Source of the DNA: Octopus bimaculoides
Taxonomy: Eukaryota
Reading direction: 5' to 3'
DNA: 64,000 bases
Assembly: GCF_001194135.2 (NCBI RefSeq)
Contig: NC_068984.1
Coordinates: 25,504,355 to 25,568,354, forward strand
Shown: one piece after another, positions 13,686-26,100 of the stretch
How the letters are laid out: each line of letters starts with the position of its first letter
Numbering within the stretch: the first letter of the stretch is position 1
The notes under the pieces: generated by a model
Told to the model about the DNA's origin: nothing
What the model saw: only the letters and a program-made list of their open reading frames with translations
Database searches by the model: none
Made by a program: the position numbers and the translations under genes

Positions 13686-14944
13686 TTTCAATGTTCTATG
13701 CTCTGAGTTCAAACCATCTACTTTGTCTCGTATTTATTTTTTGTCTCTCTCATCTTTATCTTTACATTAACAACAAATCATTTCCTTCTGAAGTTTATAT
13801 ATGTTATAAAAAAACATAAGCAACCTCAAGTGTAATGTGATATAATACTTCTAAAGTCCATGACAAGACAAATACATTATAATAGTATATGGCTGTAGTG
13901 TAGGGTAGCGTAGTGCAGTGTGTGTGGCGGGGCATATATTGCCTTTGCTATCATTAAATGCATGAAAGGATCATACAAGTGACAAAATGTATGTAACAAA
14001 GATGTTTAACATAGTGCACTACTACTGCAAATGAAAGTTATCCAATATACTCAAGTTTAAATGAGAGAAATGCTAGGCAGGGAAGGAAAAATAAATACTT
14101 TATAATAGTTATTTATAGTGTGTAACTGAAAAAACAATTAGAGTAATTCAAATTTGTGAGAGCAATTTTCCCATCATATAAATGAGCTGTGTTGTTTAGT
14201 ATAGTTTAGAATTTGTTGTTAAAAAACATACAAATAGATTGATAAATAATAATTTAGTAACTTGAAGCAGTACAATTATAACTGAACAATAATTTTTATA
14301 AGGTCATTTAACAAAGTGGAATACTGTGTTTACAAATTAATCTGTGAAAGAATTTTTTAAAATCTATTACACTGAAATGATGATAATGGTAAGTGCCAAT
14401 CTCAGGTTAGAAATCTCATGGAACTAATGTCAAACTAAAGTGAGTTGGTGCTTAAGGCTAAAACTTTCTCAGACTTCAGAACTAATATTGAATTCTAATA
14501 CTGGCACAAGGCCAAGATTTTTCTCTTTCGTTTTTTTTTTTGTCTCTTTTTCATTTCTTTTTCTCTCTTTGCATGTGGGTGGTGGGGAGCATAGTTGATT
14601 AAATCAATACCAGCACTTGACTTTATTTTATTAAAGTTGCAAACAGTGGATTTTAAAGAACTAATATTAAAACAATAAGAAAAACAAAACTCTATATATC
14701 AAACTTAAATTTTCAACCAAACTTTACACAGGGAAGTAGAGCGAAGACTCTGTTTTAAACAGATATATAAATAATTTCTCATCTTAATATAATACTGGCC
14801 TGATTGCATTGAGACTGCAAGATATTGCATCAAACACATGAAAGGTATTACAATTAATAATACCTATGATATTACTGATGATGCTGCAAACAAATATCAT
14901 CCTCATCAGTTCTATACATTTTTCTATGCTTGTATCGGTTCAGC

Positions 14945-15500
14945 AGGTCTTCTGCAACATAATGTCCCACTACTTGTCATTATTATCATCTCCATTATAA
15001 GGGCCTTACCTCTTCAGACCAGCCTGCACCACCGCTGACCATGTCTTCTCCTACGTTTTCTCTCCATTTGACGATCGTACCCAACAGTCATCATCCTTAT
15101 GCAGTTTTCCCTCTTGCACACTATTTTACTTCTCTTATACCTAGTTTTTCTCTCAACTGAGCTTTGCTTTTCATGCACACTAACATCAAACATCAGCAGA
15201 GTATGCTTGCTTCTTTCATTGCTCGTGTGTTGTTACCATGCAACATCACACTTCATACCCAAGCTTCATACAACATACCCTTCACTCAAAGAGAGCAACT
15301 CTTTACTGCCAATAAATGTAATAAACTCCACTGAATTTTTGCCACCCTGTTCTTATTCTACAACTCTACTTTCAAAGCACCCTTAACCATTATTGATCAG
15401 CCACCGAGGTAACAGAGGTATTGGAAACAATTTATTCCACTGATACTCAAACTGCTAACTACTCCTGTGCATCTGTTACAAACAATATATACAGTCTTCT
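14945..15500 (-). mobile_element. Heavily decayed RTE-clade LINE, 3' part of ORF
   Basis: Broken minus-strand translation gives GCFESRV, MFDVSVHEKQS and similar pieces, collinear with the RTE C-terminus at 56805-57101. Confidence 0.6.
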
Positions 15501-15580
15501 AATCTAATTCCACTACACTTTTTGTGTACTAATACTTTTAGTGCACTTAATAAGCACTGTATACAATAAGCTTCATTATA

Positions 15581-15960
15581 TCATCATCATTTTAACATCA
15601 ACTTTTCTATGCTTGTATGGGTCGGACAGAGTTCATCGAGTTGGATGCCCTTCCTATTGCAACCCTCTCCTGTTTCCAAGCAAGGTAATATTTTCCTGTG
15701 GCTAGACGTCCTCGCAGAATCTTGAAAAGGAATGACAGCTAGTATGACGGTCATTTTACAACTATGTGATATCAAGACAAGGAGACACAAACTTACACAC
15801 ACACAAAGACAGGTTCCTTTCAGTTTATCTCTACAAAATCCACTCACAAGGCTTTGGCTGGCCTAAGGCTGTAGTAGAAGACACTTGTCCGAAGTGTCCT
15901 GAACTGAATTTGGAACCATATGGCTGGGAAGTAAACTTGTTAATACACCATGATGCCTCC
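15581..15960 (-). mobile_element. SINE-A2 (A head + microsatellite + different body + RTE tail)
   Basis: Minus strand: A-type head, (TG)n, CCTTGTCTTGATATCAC...AAATATTACCTTGCTTGGAAACAGG...GGAAGGGCATCC...CATAGAAAAG + (GAT)n. Confidence 0.75.
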
Positions 15961-16779
15961 TTATTATTACAATTTTACAATGGAATTCTTACCTCCTTCA
16001 TTTCTACTGAATGAGTTTGACCATTTCCCTGATGACAGAGGGAAACTTCTTTTCTGCTAATTACTCCTCTCTCCCTTTTATCTTCTTACCAACTTACTAA
16101 AATGTCTTCACTAAGTTTATTATGAGGCCTCACAATTCTAGGTTTTATTTCCACTTTAGGAATTTCTTCCTTAAATCTTCCACAGATTCCGTTACAATAG
16201 GATTTCCATATGTTCCAGTTTGACTAAGATTGTCTTGGTTTACCAACATTGTACCAATTAGTTTTATATTATGTCCCAGTTTTTTAGGTAATTTGAAAAA
16301 CTTTTGTTCTATATTTTTAACCTCGTTTGACAGAAATGACTAATTAGTCATTTTTATCTATCATGAAACATCTGAAGCATGAACCCAACCAAAATTTGAA
16401 ACAAAATACTCTGCTTTTTTCACATGCAAAACCACACTATTCAGAACTGTAGATATGAATTGAAAAGGAAAAAAATCCAGATGGCCATTAAAAAAAAAAA
16501 ACCAGTTCCTAGAAAATTCAGTTGATAACAGGAAGTTTTCTTGTGTTGAAAGCAACAATATCCTCTGAACTCTGATCTATTCACACATTAATAATTGTTA
16601 AAATTAGACCTTATATAACACGTTTTCCATGAAAAGCTCACTCATCCACCAACAAATTACTAAAACTACATATTTTTTCTGCTATGTTATTGACTGAAAA
16701 TTTAACCAAGTGTCAAGGCATTACAGCTTTACATACAAATAAATAAACCAACTGTGAGGCATGTTTTATTTCTTTTTAC

Positions 16780-17215
16780 ACTAACATCCACCCATCTCCC
16801 TGGAACTATTCCTGGGAGAGCCATGGGGTGGGGCGCAGAGTCCTCAGGTACATCCTCCATAGAGTCCTGTCAGATGCAGCTGTTATTACACTTTCCAGCT
16901 GCATTCTAAAGTTGACCAACTGATACTGTGGTTATTTTCCATCTATCTCCTTGGTCTCCTGCCAATTGGTTCAGTTTGAAGAATCTTTCTTGTAATTCTT
17001 TCTCACAGCATTTTAATCACAAGTCCATAATACCAGAAATGTGACTTCTCAATGAGGAGAAGTAGCGGCTTGACCTGGAGAGACTTTCTGATTTTTGAGC
17101 AACACATCCTATCAAGTAATATTACTTAGAAGATCCTTCAGAAGAACTCCATTTATGGCCACTTGTACTAGCATTCATACTCTTTTAGTCATTACTCAAT
17201 ATTCATGACAATGGA
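16780..17215 (-). mobile_element. Decayed RTE-clade (Rex3/Expander-like) LINE 3' fragment
   Basis: Minus translation IRKSLQVKPLLLLIEKSHFWYYGLV...KILQTEPIGRRPR...AASDRTLWR resembles the recalled Rex3/Expander C-terminus LLLRIERSQLRW.GH...PTGRRPRGRP...ERE.W. Confidence 0.6.
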
Positions 17216-17344
17216 TGACGATATCCTATATATATATCACTTTACATATATTAAAAATATTTTTGATTCAGTTTTACCCAGTTGATAGGAGTGTATGAAT
17301 TTATAATGAAGGTTTACTTTTTCTAAAAATAAAGTTTTGTGTGG

Positions 17345-19150
17345 TGACAGTAAAATGTGCTCACTGTTTTGCAGAGTTTTCTGTGGTGCATAGAGGTAGG
17401 CACATAGATTTTTAACTGGTAAAGATCGTTTGCAATCTCAAAGGAACAAGACAATCGAACGTTTATCATGATCAAATTTTTTTTTTTTAATAAAATCAGA
17501 AATGATCATATTGAAGCTTTTTGTACAGTTAAAGCTGTGATTTTTTTTTTTTTTTTAATTTCCATACAGTTTCTCATGACTTAAGTTCCCAGGCATCTGT
17601 CAAAGCCAGCACAATATAAAACTGTGATTTTGAATGTAATTTCACCAATAGCTAAATATGGGCTTGCTAAAGAACAAGCAGGGGGAAAATTTTGACAATT
17701 TCTATGAATGTGTCAGACCAAAAATGTGGTAATATGATATTACTTTCCTGGTCAGGGAATACAGGACAAATTTTTAGATATGCACAATATTCCATGAAAT
17801 GCTTTGCTTTCAGTTAGTGATATTCAAGGGTTGTTGGAAAAAGGTTAATGGATTTTGTGTGAAGACAACCGCAACACAAATAATAAAATGACAAAGCAGG
17901 AACACATTTACCCAATTACAGAAAGAAAAAAAAAACTTCTAGAGGATTTCATTGGCATTGGCTCTAGTGCACACAATGTGTATAACTGTCTCCAAACAAC
18001 TGCTGATGCATTGCCAACTGATATTGAAGCACTTATGGGAGAATTTCCAAATACTCACACATAAACATAGGTCATGGTAACAACTAAAAGAACTTCGTGA
18101 GTTGGCTGAAGTGGATGGTAAAACCTAATACAACTTGGTAATACCAGATTTTTGTCAATGCTGCGTACATTTGAAAAACTTATTTTTATTTTGCTGGCTT
18201 AAAACCCTACTTATGCTTCCAAGAACACTGCCTAGGGATGCTAAAGCAATTCTTTAAAAAAAATCATCATTTAACGTTCGTTTTCCATGCTGGCATGGGT
18301 TGGACGGTTTGACTGATGTCTGGAGAGCCAGCAGCTGCACCAGGCACCAATCTGATCTGGCAACATTCTAACGCCAACCACTCTGAGAGTGTAGTGGGTG
18401 CTTTTTACGTTCCACTGGCACAGGAGCCAGTCAGGCGGGCCTGGCATCAATCACATTCGGATAGTGCATTTATGACTTCTACATGTGTAGGTTAGTTTTT
18501 TCACCAAATTCATTCTGGTCATGGAGAAGGACAATGTTAAGGTGGTAGATATCAAATTAGAAATACTAAACCTAATTACAAACTTAGAACAATCGAAAAA
18601 AAATATAAGAATTTGTATATGAATATGCAATGGCCTTACTGAGAAAATTTGGAGAAAATATTGGAAACTTTAGATGGAAAGAGAACTGTGTGATTATAGT
18701 CTAGAGATATATCTTGACAGTGTTGAGCAGTGTGCAGTTAAGATCAACTAAAACACTGGAAAGCATTGATTGAATATTTGATAAGGCTATTATTGCAACA
18801 GCGCTTTTGGGCTTCTAAGACATAAGTTTGGGCAACACAAAACTTTAAATACAAAGACAGTGACAAATTTTGTTGCTCAAGGCGAAGAAAGACATAAATA
18901 TAAAAAAAAAAAATCTTAGTGCTGAAGTAAAATATATTCTTTGTCTTCTTAGTACTTCAGCACCAGTTGAACAAGTGGTTTTGTAACAAATATGTGATCA
19001 GAAAAGATATGCAATATGCTAGAAGCTACAGCCAGGGGGGCCTTTTGGTGACTAAAACTTTCTACTAAGCTGCTCAAAATTTAACAAAATTAGAAATGAC
19101 AATGAGGTTTTAGAAAAGTAGTTTCAAGAGAAAAATATGAAAGTACTGGT
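17345..19150 (+). pseudogene. Decayed hAT-superfamily transposase, interrupted by an RTE-tail insertion
   Basis: Collinear motifs: BED-like VKCAHCFAEFSVVHRG (17350), GFCEDNRNTN (~17850), IGIGSSAHNVYNCLQ (C-x2-H remnant), LGNTRFLSML (~18135), dimerisation-domain-like LSTSAPVEQV (~18950). Many stops and frameshifts; termini not identified. Confidence 0.8.
18264..18475 (-). mobile_element. RTE-tail element nested in the hAT relic
   Basis: catcatttaacgttcgttttccatgctggcatgggttggacgg...aacgccaaccactctgagagtgtagtgggtgc. Confidence 0.85.
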
Positions 19151-19251
19151 GACTGAATAAAATATTACTTAACAAGAAAAAAATGTGCTTAGTTTAATAT
19201 ATTTCTAAATGTCACTATTCAACTAGACAATATTTTACATGCCTAAGGCAG

Positions 19252-19432
19252 CATGCAGGCAGAATCATCAGCATGCTGGCAAAATACTTAGTAGCATTTC
19301 ATCCATCTTCACATTCTGACTTCAAATTCTGCCAAGGTTGACCTTGCCTTTCACCCTTTCAGGTCAATGTAATCGACTCACCCACAACTCTCAAACTTGC
19401 TGGCCTTGTGCCAAAATTTGAAACCAATATTT
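19252..19432 (+). mobile_element. SINE-B, full length, moderately decayed
   Basis: GCAGGCAGAATCATCAGC...CTGACTTCAAATTCTGCCAAGGTTGACCTTGCCTTTCACCC...CTGGCCTTGTGCCAAAATTTGAAACCAAT. Confidence 0.75.
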
Positions 19433-19699
19433 TACATGCTTGTGCTGTCAAGTAAAAAAGCCCCTTTGTACATCTATTTCTGTTCCCCGTCTTTCTCTAT
19501 CCCTTACTATGTCTCTACATGATAAAGACAAATCATATGTTTTGCTAGCTGACATGTCTCACTTTAGCACTTGTCAGAAACTACTTTCATATAAGACAAA
19601 AACTAGCAATTTTAATGTACTTGCCATATCCTCTTCCCTCTCTCTTAACACTCAACCCCCACACCACAACCCTTCAGGTCTTGCATCATAGTCCTGTTG

Positions 19700-20300
19700 T
19701 ACTTGGTTTCTACCTCCATTGGTCCTAGTTTCAAATTTGAAAATTACGATAACCTCAGTTTTAAGTACTAGTCATCAGCATACAGGAGTTCCCATGGACA
19801 ACCAATCTTAAATTTTTTTTTATTGTGGCCCAGAGAACTATAATAAGCAAAGGGGGTTGAGAACAGAGTCTTGAGAGACATCTACCTGCACATTAAATTC
19901 TTCAAACACATTACCAACTCTCAGTTTGCTGATGGCATCTCTGAACATGGTTTGCATTATTCTCACAACCCATTCATCTGTACATAATTTTCTTAAAGAT
20001 CACCAAACTACAAAGTATGGTACCCAGTCAAAGCCTTCTTCAGATCAGAAAATACTAGATGAAGTGGTTTACGCTTAGCTAAAAATTTCTCTTGCAGTTG
20101 CTTGACTAAGAAGAGGGCATCAATGGTACCATGACCAGGGGCAAATTCACACTGCCCCTCATCTAAGCCATTCTAATTCTCTTTCCAATCAGCTGTGCTA
20201 AAACTCTTTAGGTATTTTTCATGACATAGTCCATCAGTTTGATAACCCTGTAGTTGCTTTTGTTCTAACATCAACAGTCTTTCCAAACCCATCTTTCATG
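19700..20300 (-). pseudogene. RTE-clade LINE reverse transcriptase relic
   Basis: Minus translation SNYRVIKL...GQCEFAPGHGTIDALFLVKQLQEKFLAKRKPLHLVFSDLKKAF...SQDSVLNP...PWELLYADD (YADD at 19771-19782); frameshifted. Confidence 0.88.
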
Positions 20301-21475
20301 GCACTAAATCAATCATGATAACTCTTATGTTGTTTATCTGACAAAAGGAGGAGGATATCCAGTGATGGGTGTATCTTCATTTGAATTCTGCTTTCTGTAC
20401 TTGAAAAGAAGTGGATGACCATTTGATGATAGTTAAAAGGTTCATACACAAGGCCAGGTGTTTCTACTTAACCATCCCACTAGCCATACACAACATTAAC
20501 ATGGTGTTAGTCATAGGGTTTTTCTTTATATTCGTGATTGTCATGACTTTGGCATAGTTTCTTTAGTTGAATGCATTCCCTACTAACCACTTTACAGCAT
20601 ATATAGAGTGGCTTTTATCACTCCACCAGACCCAACAGATTGCCTGTCAAAGTTGCTACACTATGTCTTGGATGGTGAACCATTCTAAATCACCAGTACA
20701 TGAGGCTAGTTTGAAAGAAACCTTGTTTTGATTAGAAATCATTTAAAAGAAATGTCTCACTTCATAAAATGTTTAATAGTTATACCTCAGATCATATCAT
20801 GCTGATAATTTCTAAAAAGAATGAAATAGTGCTATACACGATTATCACTGACTAGAAATTTTAAGAACTTTGTAATTAGTCAACAATAACAAACAATTAT
20901 ATAAGTGTAGTCTATGCATCTTTTTTCCTTATTCCTTAATTTCAAATTCAAACTTTTAATCCAACCAAATATTATAAAGCAGTGATTACCTCCCTTGCAT
21001 TAATAGCCCACTAGAGAACAACACATGCTTCAGGATTTCACTCTGTCATTATCCCTTTCTTTCTCTGAGTTCTAAGTACCAGAAATTTATTGTTTCTATA
21101 CAACTTTTATACTGTAAAGAAACCATTCATGTCACTTTCAACTTACTGCCATTCTGTCTTCATTACTAAGTCAACTAGTGAACCTTGGCTTTTCAAAAAT
21201 CTACATCTCTTTTAAATGCCCTCACTTGTGATAAATAACTACAGTAATTCATGACTGTATTTAGTTTCACCTTTTTACACTCTTAAGTTTGAATCTTGTC
21301 ATGGCTGGCTTTACTTTCATTCATCTGGAGTTGATAAAATACATATTAGTTGTGCACAAAACTTAATCCAATTAACTATATCCCCCCAACTTCTAATTTG
21401 TAACTCTGTGCCATAGTAACAAATTATTTGAAATGTTAGAAATCATCATCATCATTATTGTTATTATTAATGCAA

Positions 21476-21690
21476 CAAACTGGCAGAATCAAGAGTGCAT
21501 CAAACAAAAGGCTTATTGACATTTCTTCTGACTCTTTACATTCCCAAGTTCAAATCCTGCCAAAGTCAATTTTGCATTTCATCCTTTTGGCATCAATGAA
21601 ATAAGTACCAGTAGCATACTGGAGTCAATGACATCAATTAGCCCCCACTCTGCCAAAATTTCAGGCCTTGTGCCTATAGCAGAAAGGAAA
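21476..21690 (+). mobile_element. SINE-B, decayed
   Basis: AACTGGCAGAATC...AAGTTCAAATCCTGCCAAAGTCAATTTTGCATTTCATCC...AATAAGTACCAG...GGCCTTGTGCCTATAGCAGAAAGG. Confidence 0.7.
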
Positions 21691-21896
21691 TGTTGCACTC
21701 ACGATCTAGTGATTGTGATTTCAATTCCTAGACAGGGTGGTACATTGTATTCTTGAACAAAACTTCATCTCATGTTGCTCTGCAATCACTTCAACACCTG
21801 ACAGGTGGTACACCATGCACCTGTCCAGACAACATTGATTTAATGGAGTGAGCGAGCTAATGTACGGCACAAACATTTGATAGCTATAAACACAGT

Positions 21897-22140
21897 GGCA
21901 CGTGTAAGGACATTCGAGCGAGATCGTTGCCAGTGCTGCTGGACTGGCTTCCGTGCAGGTGGCACGTAAAAGCACCCACTACGCTCTCGGAGTGGTTGGC
22001 ATTAGGAAGGGCATCCAGCTGTAGAAACTCTGCCAAATCAGATTGGAGCCTGGTGTAGCCACCTGGTTCACCAGTCCTCAGCCAAATCGTCCAACCCATG
22101 CTAGCATGGAAAGCAGACATATGATGATGATGATGATGAT
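21897..22140 (+). mobile_element. RTE-tail element, young copy with one GCCAGT/ACTGGC stem unit
   Basis: GAGCGAGATCGTTGCCAGTGCTGCTGGACTGGC...AAAAGCACCCACTAC...CCAACCCATGCTAGCATGGAAAGC + (GAT)n. Confidence 0.88.
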
Positions 22141-22210
22141 TATTATTATCATTATTATAACCATACCAACATAGAAGACAGACATCAAATAATGATGATG
22201 ATGGTGGTTA

Positions 22211-22244
<34 letters not shown>

Positions 22245-22854
22245 GTGATTAGAACTCGCAGCTTATTTTGCTGGGTATGATGGAAAGTATCGGCTGTCCT
22301 CAGCCAGTAGACTAAGGTGACACTTGTTTACTGGTCATGCTTCAAGAACCCTGCGAAGAATTCTTGCAGTTCCCAGCAATGCTCATTTTTGTAGGTGTTC
22401 TACCTTCACACTTGCACCAATCTTTTCCAGCCATGTTGGTAGTTGAGTGTTGATACTTCCAAGTGTGCCAATTACTACTGATATCACAACTACTCTCTTC
22501 ATTGACCACAACCTTCATATTTCCCACTTTAAATCATCATAGTTGTTTATTTTTTTCTTCTTTCTTTCCTATTGATCCTGTTGACAGCAGGGCATGCTAT
22601 GTCGATTACCATGCATGTTCCTTCTTTTTTATTCACCACAACAATGTCCGGTCTCTAATGTCTGGTCAGGTGATCACACTGAATCATTACATTCCACAAG
22701 ATTTTGCAATTCTCACTCTTGGTGACTCCTTCTGGGGTTTGCTCATACCACATCTTTGCTCTTTGTAGGCCGTGATTTCCACAGTGCTTCCAATGGATCA
22801 CTGTCGTGGCGTCTTTTGTATTCGCGTTGTGCCAATTTCGGGCATTCGCTAACA
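22245..22854 (-). mobile_element. 5'-truncated restriction-like-endonuclease LINE (Dong/R4-like) embedded in (TAA)n
   Basis: Minus translation IVSECPKLAQREYKRRHD (end of zinc knuckle + RHD), WYEQTPEGV, RPDIVVVNKK...VIDIACP (PD-(D/E)xK nuclease), ALLGTARILRRVLEA*; short 3' UTR; (TAA)n on both sides (22213-22244 and 22855-22902). Confidence 0.85.
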
Positions 22855-22858
22855 ATTA

Positions 22859-22902
<44 letters not shown>

Positions 22903-22908
22903 ATTTAA

Positions 22909-23100
22909 GGCAGCAAGCATACAAAACTGTTATAGCATGCCAAACAAAATGCTTAGCAGCATTCCATCTGTCTTCATGGCCTGAGTTCAGATTCTGCCAA
23001 GGTCAACTTTGCTTTCATCCTTTCAGGGTCAAAGAAATATATAATCAATTTACCCCCTCTCCTGAAATTGTTGGCCTTGTACCAAAATTTAAAATTATTA
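22909..23100 (+). mobile_element. SINE-B, decayed
   Basis: AAATGCTTAGCAGC...CTGAGTTCAGATTCTGCCAAGGTCAACTTTGCTTTCATCCTTTCAGGGTC...TTGGCCTTGTACCAAAATTT. Confidence 0.7.
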
Positions 23101-23840
23101 TTGTTGTTGTTGTTGTTGTTGTTGTTATTGTTGTTACTTGGGGACAGTGTTTCTTATCCTCTTGCAATCAATAATCTCAAGTACCAGTAATACATTGGTA
23201 ATACTTCAAACAAGTGGAAAAACTGGTTCTGTGGTTTTGAAAGAAATTGTAATTTTAAGGTAAATGAAGATGTAGGTAGAAGAGAAACTACACAAGATGT
23301 TTTATCTGTAGGAGGGAGGAGGGGTTACCTTGTTGCCACCTGAAGAAGGAAGGATCAATAAAATGGATAAAAGTAATATGATGCAGGAATCACTATGATT
23401 GATTTTGCCTTCTTGCCTTTTCAGAAAAAGCAATGATATACCTAAAGAAATCAACACCATCATGATTATTATTACTCCCACCAAACTCTCATGGCTCTCA
23501 CTGCTATTACTACTGCTGCTATTCAAACCAGGGAGGAAACTTCTATATAGCTGCTCAACCTGCTAGAAATAGTAGTTACATTTCCCTCAAATTACATCCT
23601 GCCATAGTGGTTGTCCATCTTTTTGATTTCACAGTGCACTGGAGATCAAAAAAAAAATTACTGCTGGCACTTTCTCATTGAAAGCTAAAAAAAGCTCTCT
23701 GAAAGTTTAAAATTTTAGGAAAAAACACAGAAAACTATTACTACCCTGGTTTTAGTAATCATTCGGGTGTCCAACAAAATTACAAATAACATGCTTTAAC
23801 AAAATGCTCAGGCATTAACATAGATATTTTAAAACTTTAA

Positions 23841-24055
23841 TCCTTTAGCATTTAAAATGACCATATCTGGCCAAAGTATTCTACCTGTTTTAAGTTCAAA
23901 CCAGCCAGATCTGACCTCTCACACCAACCTTACAATGTCATTCTAAAGCTAAACAAGTCATATTATCAGAATTTCAATGTTACAAAAGAATGCATGATTA
24001 ATTCAAAACAACATGCATTAATAAGCATTACATTTGATATCTGAAAGATAAAGGG
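23841..24055 (+). mobile_element. piggyBac-type MITE, family 1 (TTAA-flanked)
   Basis: TTAA|TCCTTTAGCATTT...AAAGGG|TTAA; internal homology with 47084-47374 and 58374-58593. Confidence 0.75.
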
Positions 24056-24114
24056 TTAAATTATATTTTGTAAGAAATCCATGGCATTGATGGAAAGATG
24101 TGATGTAAACATTG

Positions 24115-24343
24115 TTATCATTTTTAATGTCCACTTTTCCAAGTTTGCATTGGTCAGACACAATTTGTTGAAGCAGATTTTCTATGACTAGATGTCCTTC
24201 TTGTTGCCAAGCCTCACTTGTTTACAAATGAGATAATATTTCCTCATGGCCAGAAATGTTTTTCATGGAAAACTGGAAACAAATAACATTGCTTGTATGA
24301 CAGTCATGCTCTTTTACAACCATCATGTGATGTCAAGACAAGG

Positions 24344-24377
<34 letters not shown>

Positions 24378-24460
24378 TGATATACACATACATACACAAC
24401 TGGCTTCTTCCAGTTTCCATCAACCAAATTCACTTACAAGGTTTTTGTCAACACAGCACC
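24115..24460 (-). mobile_element. SINE-A2, partial head
   Basis: RTE tail + GATGTCAAGACAAGGAC + (CA)n + GGCTTCTTCCAGTTTCC...CACTTACAAGG on plus. Confidence 0.7.
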
Positions 24461-24769
24461 CACAACTTTCAGAAGCAATTTTTCATGCTCAGAATTGCTG
24501 AAGCATCGAAATAAACAACCCACTTCAGTTGTCGGGATACTACATCCTTCAAAACTTCCATGCTTCCTGAAATTTGCCAACAGTACACCTGATACCTCCC
24601 AACTCCCTTTTTTTTTTTTAAAGACTTTTTCACTATTCCCTTCCTGTGCAAATTCTATGTACAGTTCATGGAGTTTTGGTTAATTTCTCTGATGAGTTGT
24701 AGTGAACTGGAGCACTGTATACAATTCATTATTATTATTATTATTATTATGATTATTATTATTATTATT

Positions 24770-25247
24770 GAGTGAGAGAGCAGTGCATGCCATCAAAGTG
24801 ACGCTGGGACACAAATATACGAAGCCCAGTATACCTATCATGACTACCCATCTGCTAAGGGTACACCAGGCACATGCATCACAACCATATGCACACAACA
24901 TAGTGATCTCATATCAAGATAAACAGCACATGACCTTGTAGATGGGGCCCAGTTAGAATTTTCTTCAGGTCAAGTAGCCCATCCTGCTCAAAACATCCCT
25001 GAATAAGGTTTGTCTAAGAATGATGAACAAAACACCCATGTTTCAAAGATAAATTATTCAAACCCCAAAGAATTCCTCTCAACACATGGCTACTTCTACT
25101 CATGATCAGAGATGCACATATCGTCAGCCACTAAGGAACATGCTCAACTGGTTACGGTCAAGCAACTGACAAGCAAATCTGTGGTATTGAGCAGAATATT
25201 TGCTGTAGCTCATCAGCGAGAGCCACTGACTGGTACTGTATCAGGGC

Positions 25248-25249
<2 letters not shown>
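24770..25249 (-). mobile_element. 480-bp non-coding element between two (TAA)n tracts
   Basis: (ATT)n at 24728-24769 and (TTA)n at 25250-25319 abut it directly; its right part recurs within 26117-27190. Orientation inferred from the (AAT)n tail. Confidence 0.65.
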
Positions 25250-25303
<54 letters not shown>

Positions 25304-25649
25304 TTATTATTATTATTATAGTAGAAGACACCTGTACAAGGTGCCACTAAGTGAGAGCGAACCAAAGACCACATGGTTAGGAAGCAAGCTTCTTAGCCAC
25401 ACAGACACCCCTGTAAATTTGATATCTGATCTCCATTGTGCCACAAAGTCAGAAACATTAGAGGATCGTTGACCTAGACAGTACAGCACTAAATTTGATT
25501 TTTATCCTGTCATACATCAATGATTTAAAGATAGCTGTAACATTTCAACTTGATGCTTATCATTATTATGAATATTATAGCACCTCAATATTATAGCACT
25601 GTCATGTATAATATATCCTTCTATCACTATCTTCTATCATCATCATCAT

Positions 25650-26100
25650 CATCATCATCAACATCCTCCTTTAATGTCCATTTCCCATGCTGGCATGGGT
25701 TGTACAGTTTGACCAGACCTGGCCAGCAAGAAAGCTATACCAGGTTTCAGTTTGATTTCGCTTGGTTTCTACAGCTGGATGCCCTTCTTAACGCCAACCA
25801 CTTCACAGTATGCACTGGGTACTTTTAACGTGACACTAGTATGAGTGCTTTTACATGCTATCGGTACAGGACCCTTGCAAGCCAATCTCCTTCACCAAGG
25901 GATGCTGCCTTAACACTTCTGCTGTAGAGAGTGGGTCTTCTTGATTACAGCAAAGCCTCAGTTATCTCGGTCCTTTATCATCACATCCAAAAGGTTCAGC
26001 ATTCTGAGGTCATTCTTCAGTACTTCATCCCATGTCCTCCTGTGTTTCGCCACAAGTTCCATCCACTTTGAGTGAACAGCAACTCTTTATTGAATACAAC
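25650..26100 (-). mobile_element. RTE LINE 3' fragment (ORF end + tail)
   Basis: Minus translation LKVDGTCG / RRTWDEVLKNDLRMLNLLDVMIKDRD, then the tail ending CATGGGAAATGGAC...(GAT)n. Confidence 0.8.

Noticed and set aside
25190-25250. Hammerhead-like CUGAUGA-GC(UACA)GC-AAA on the minus strand
   Set aside because: It lacks the G of the obligatory GAAA, I found no stems I/III around an NUH site, and the second copy (about 27170) reads CUGAUGG.
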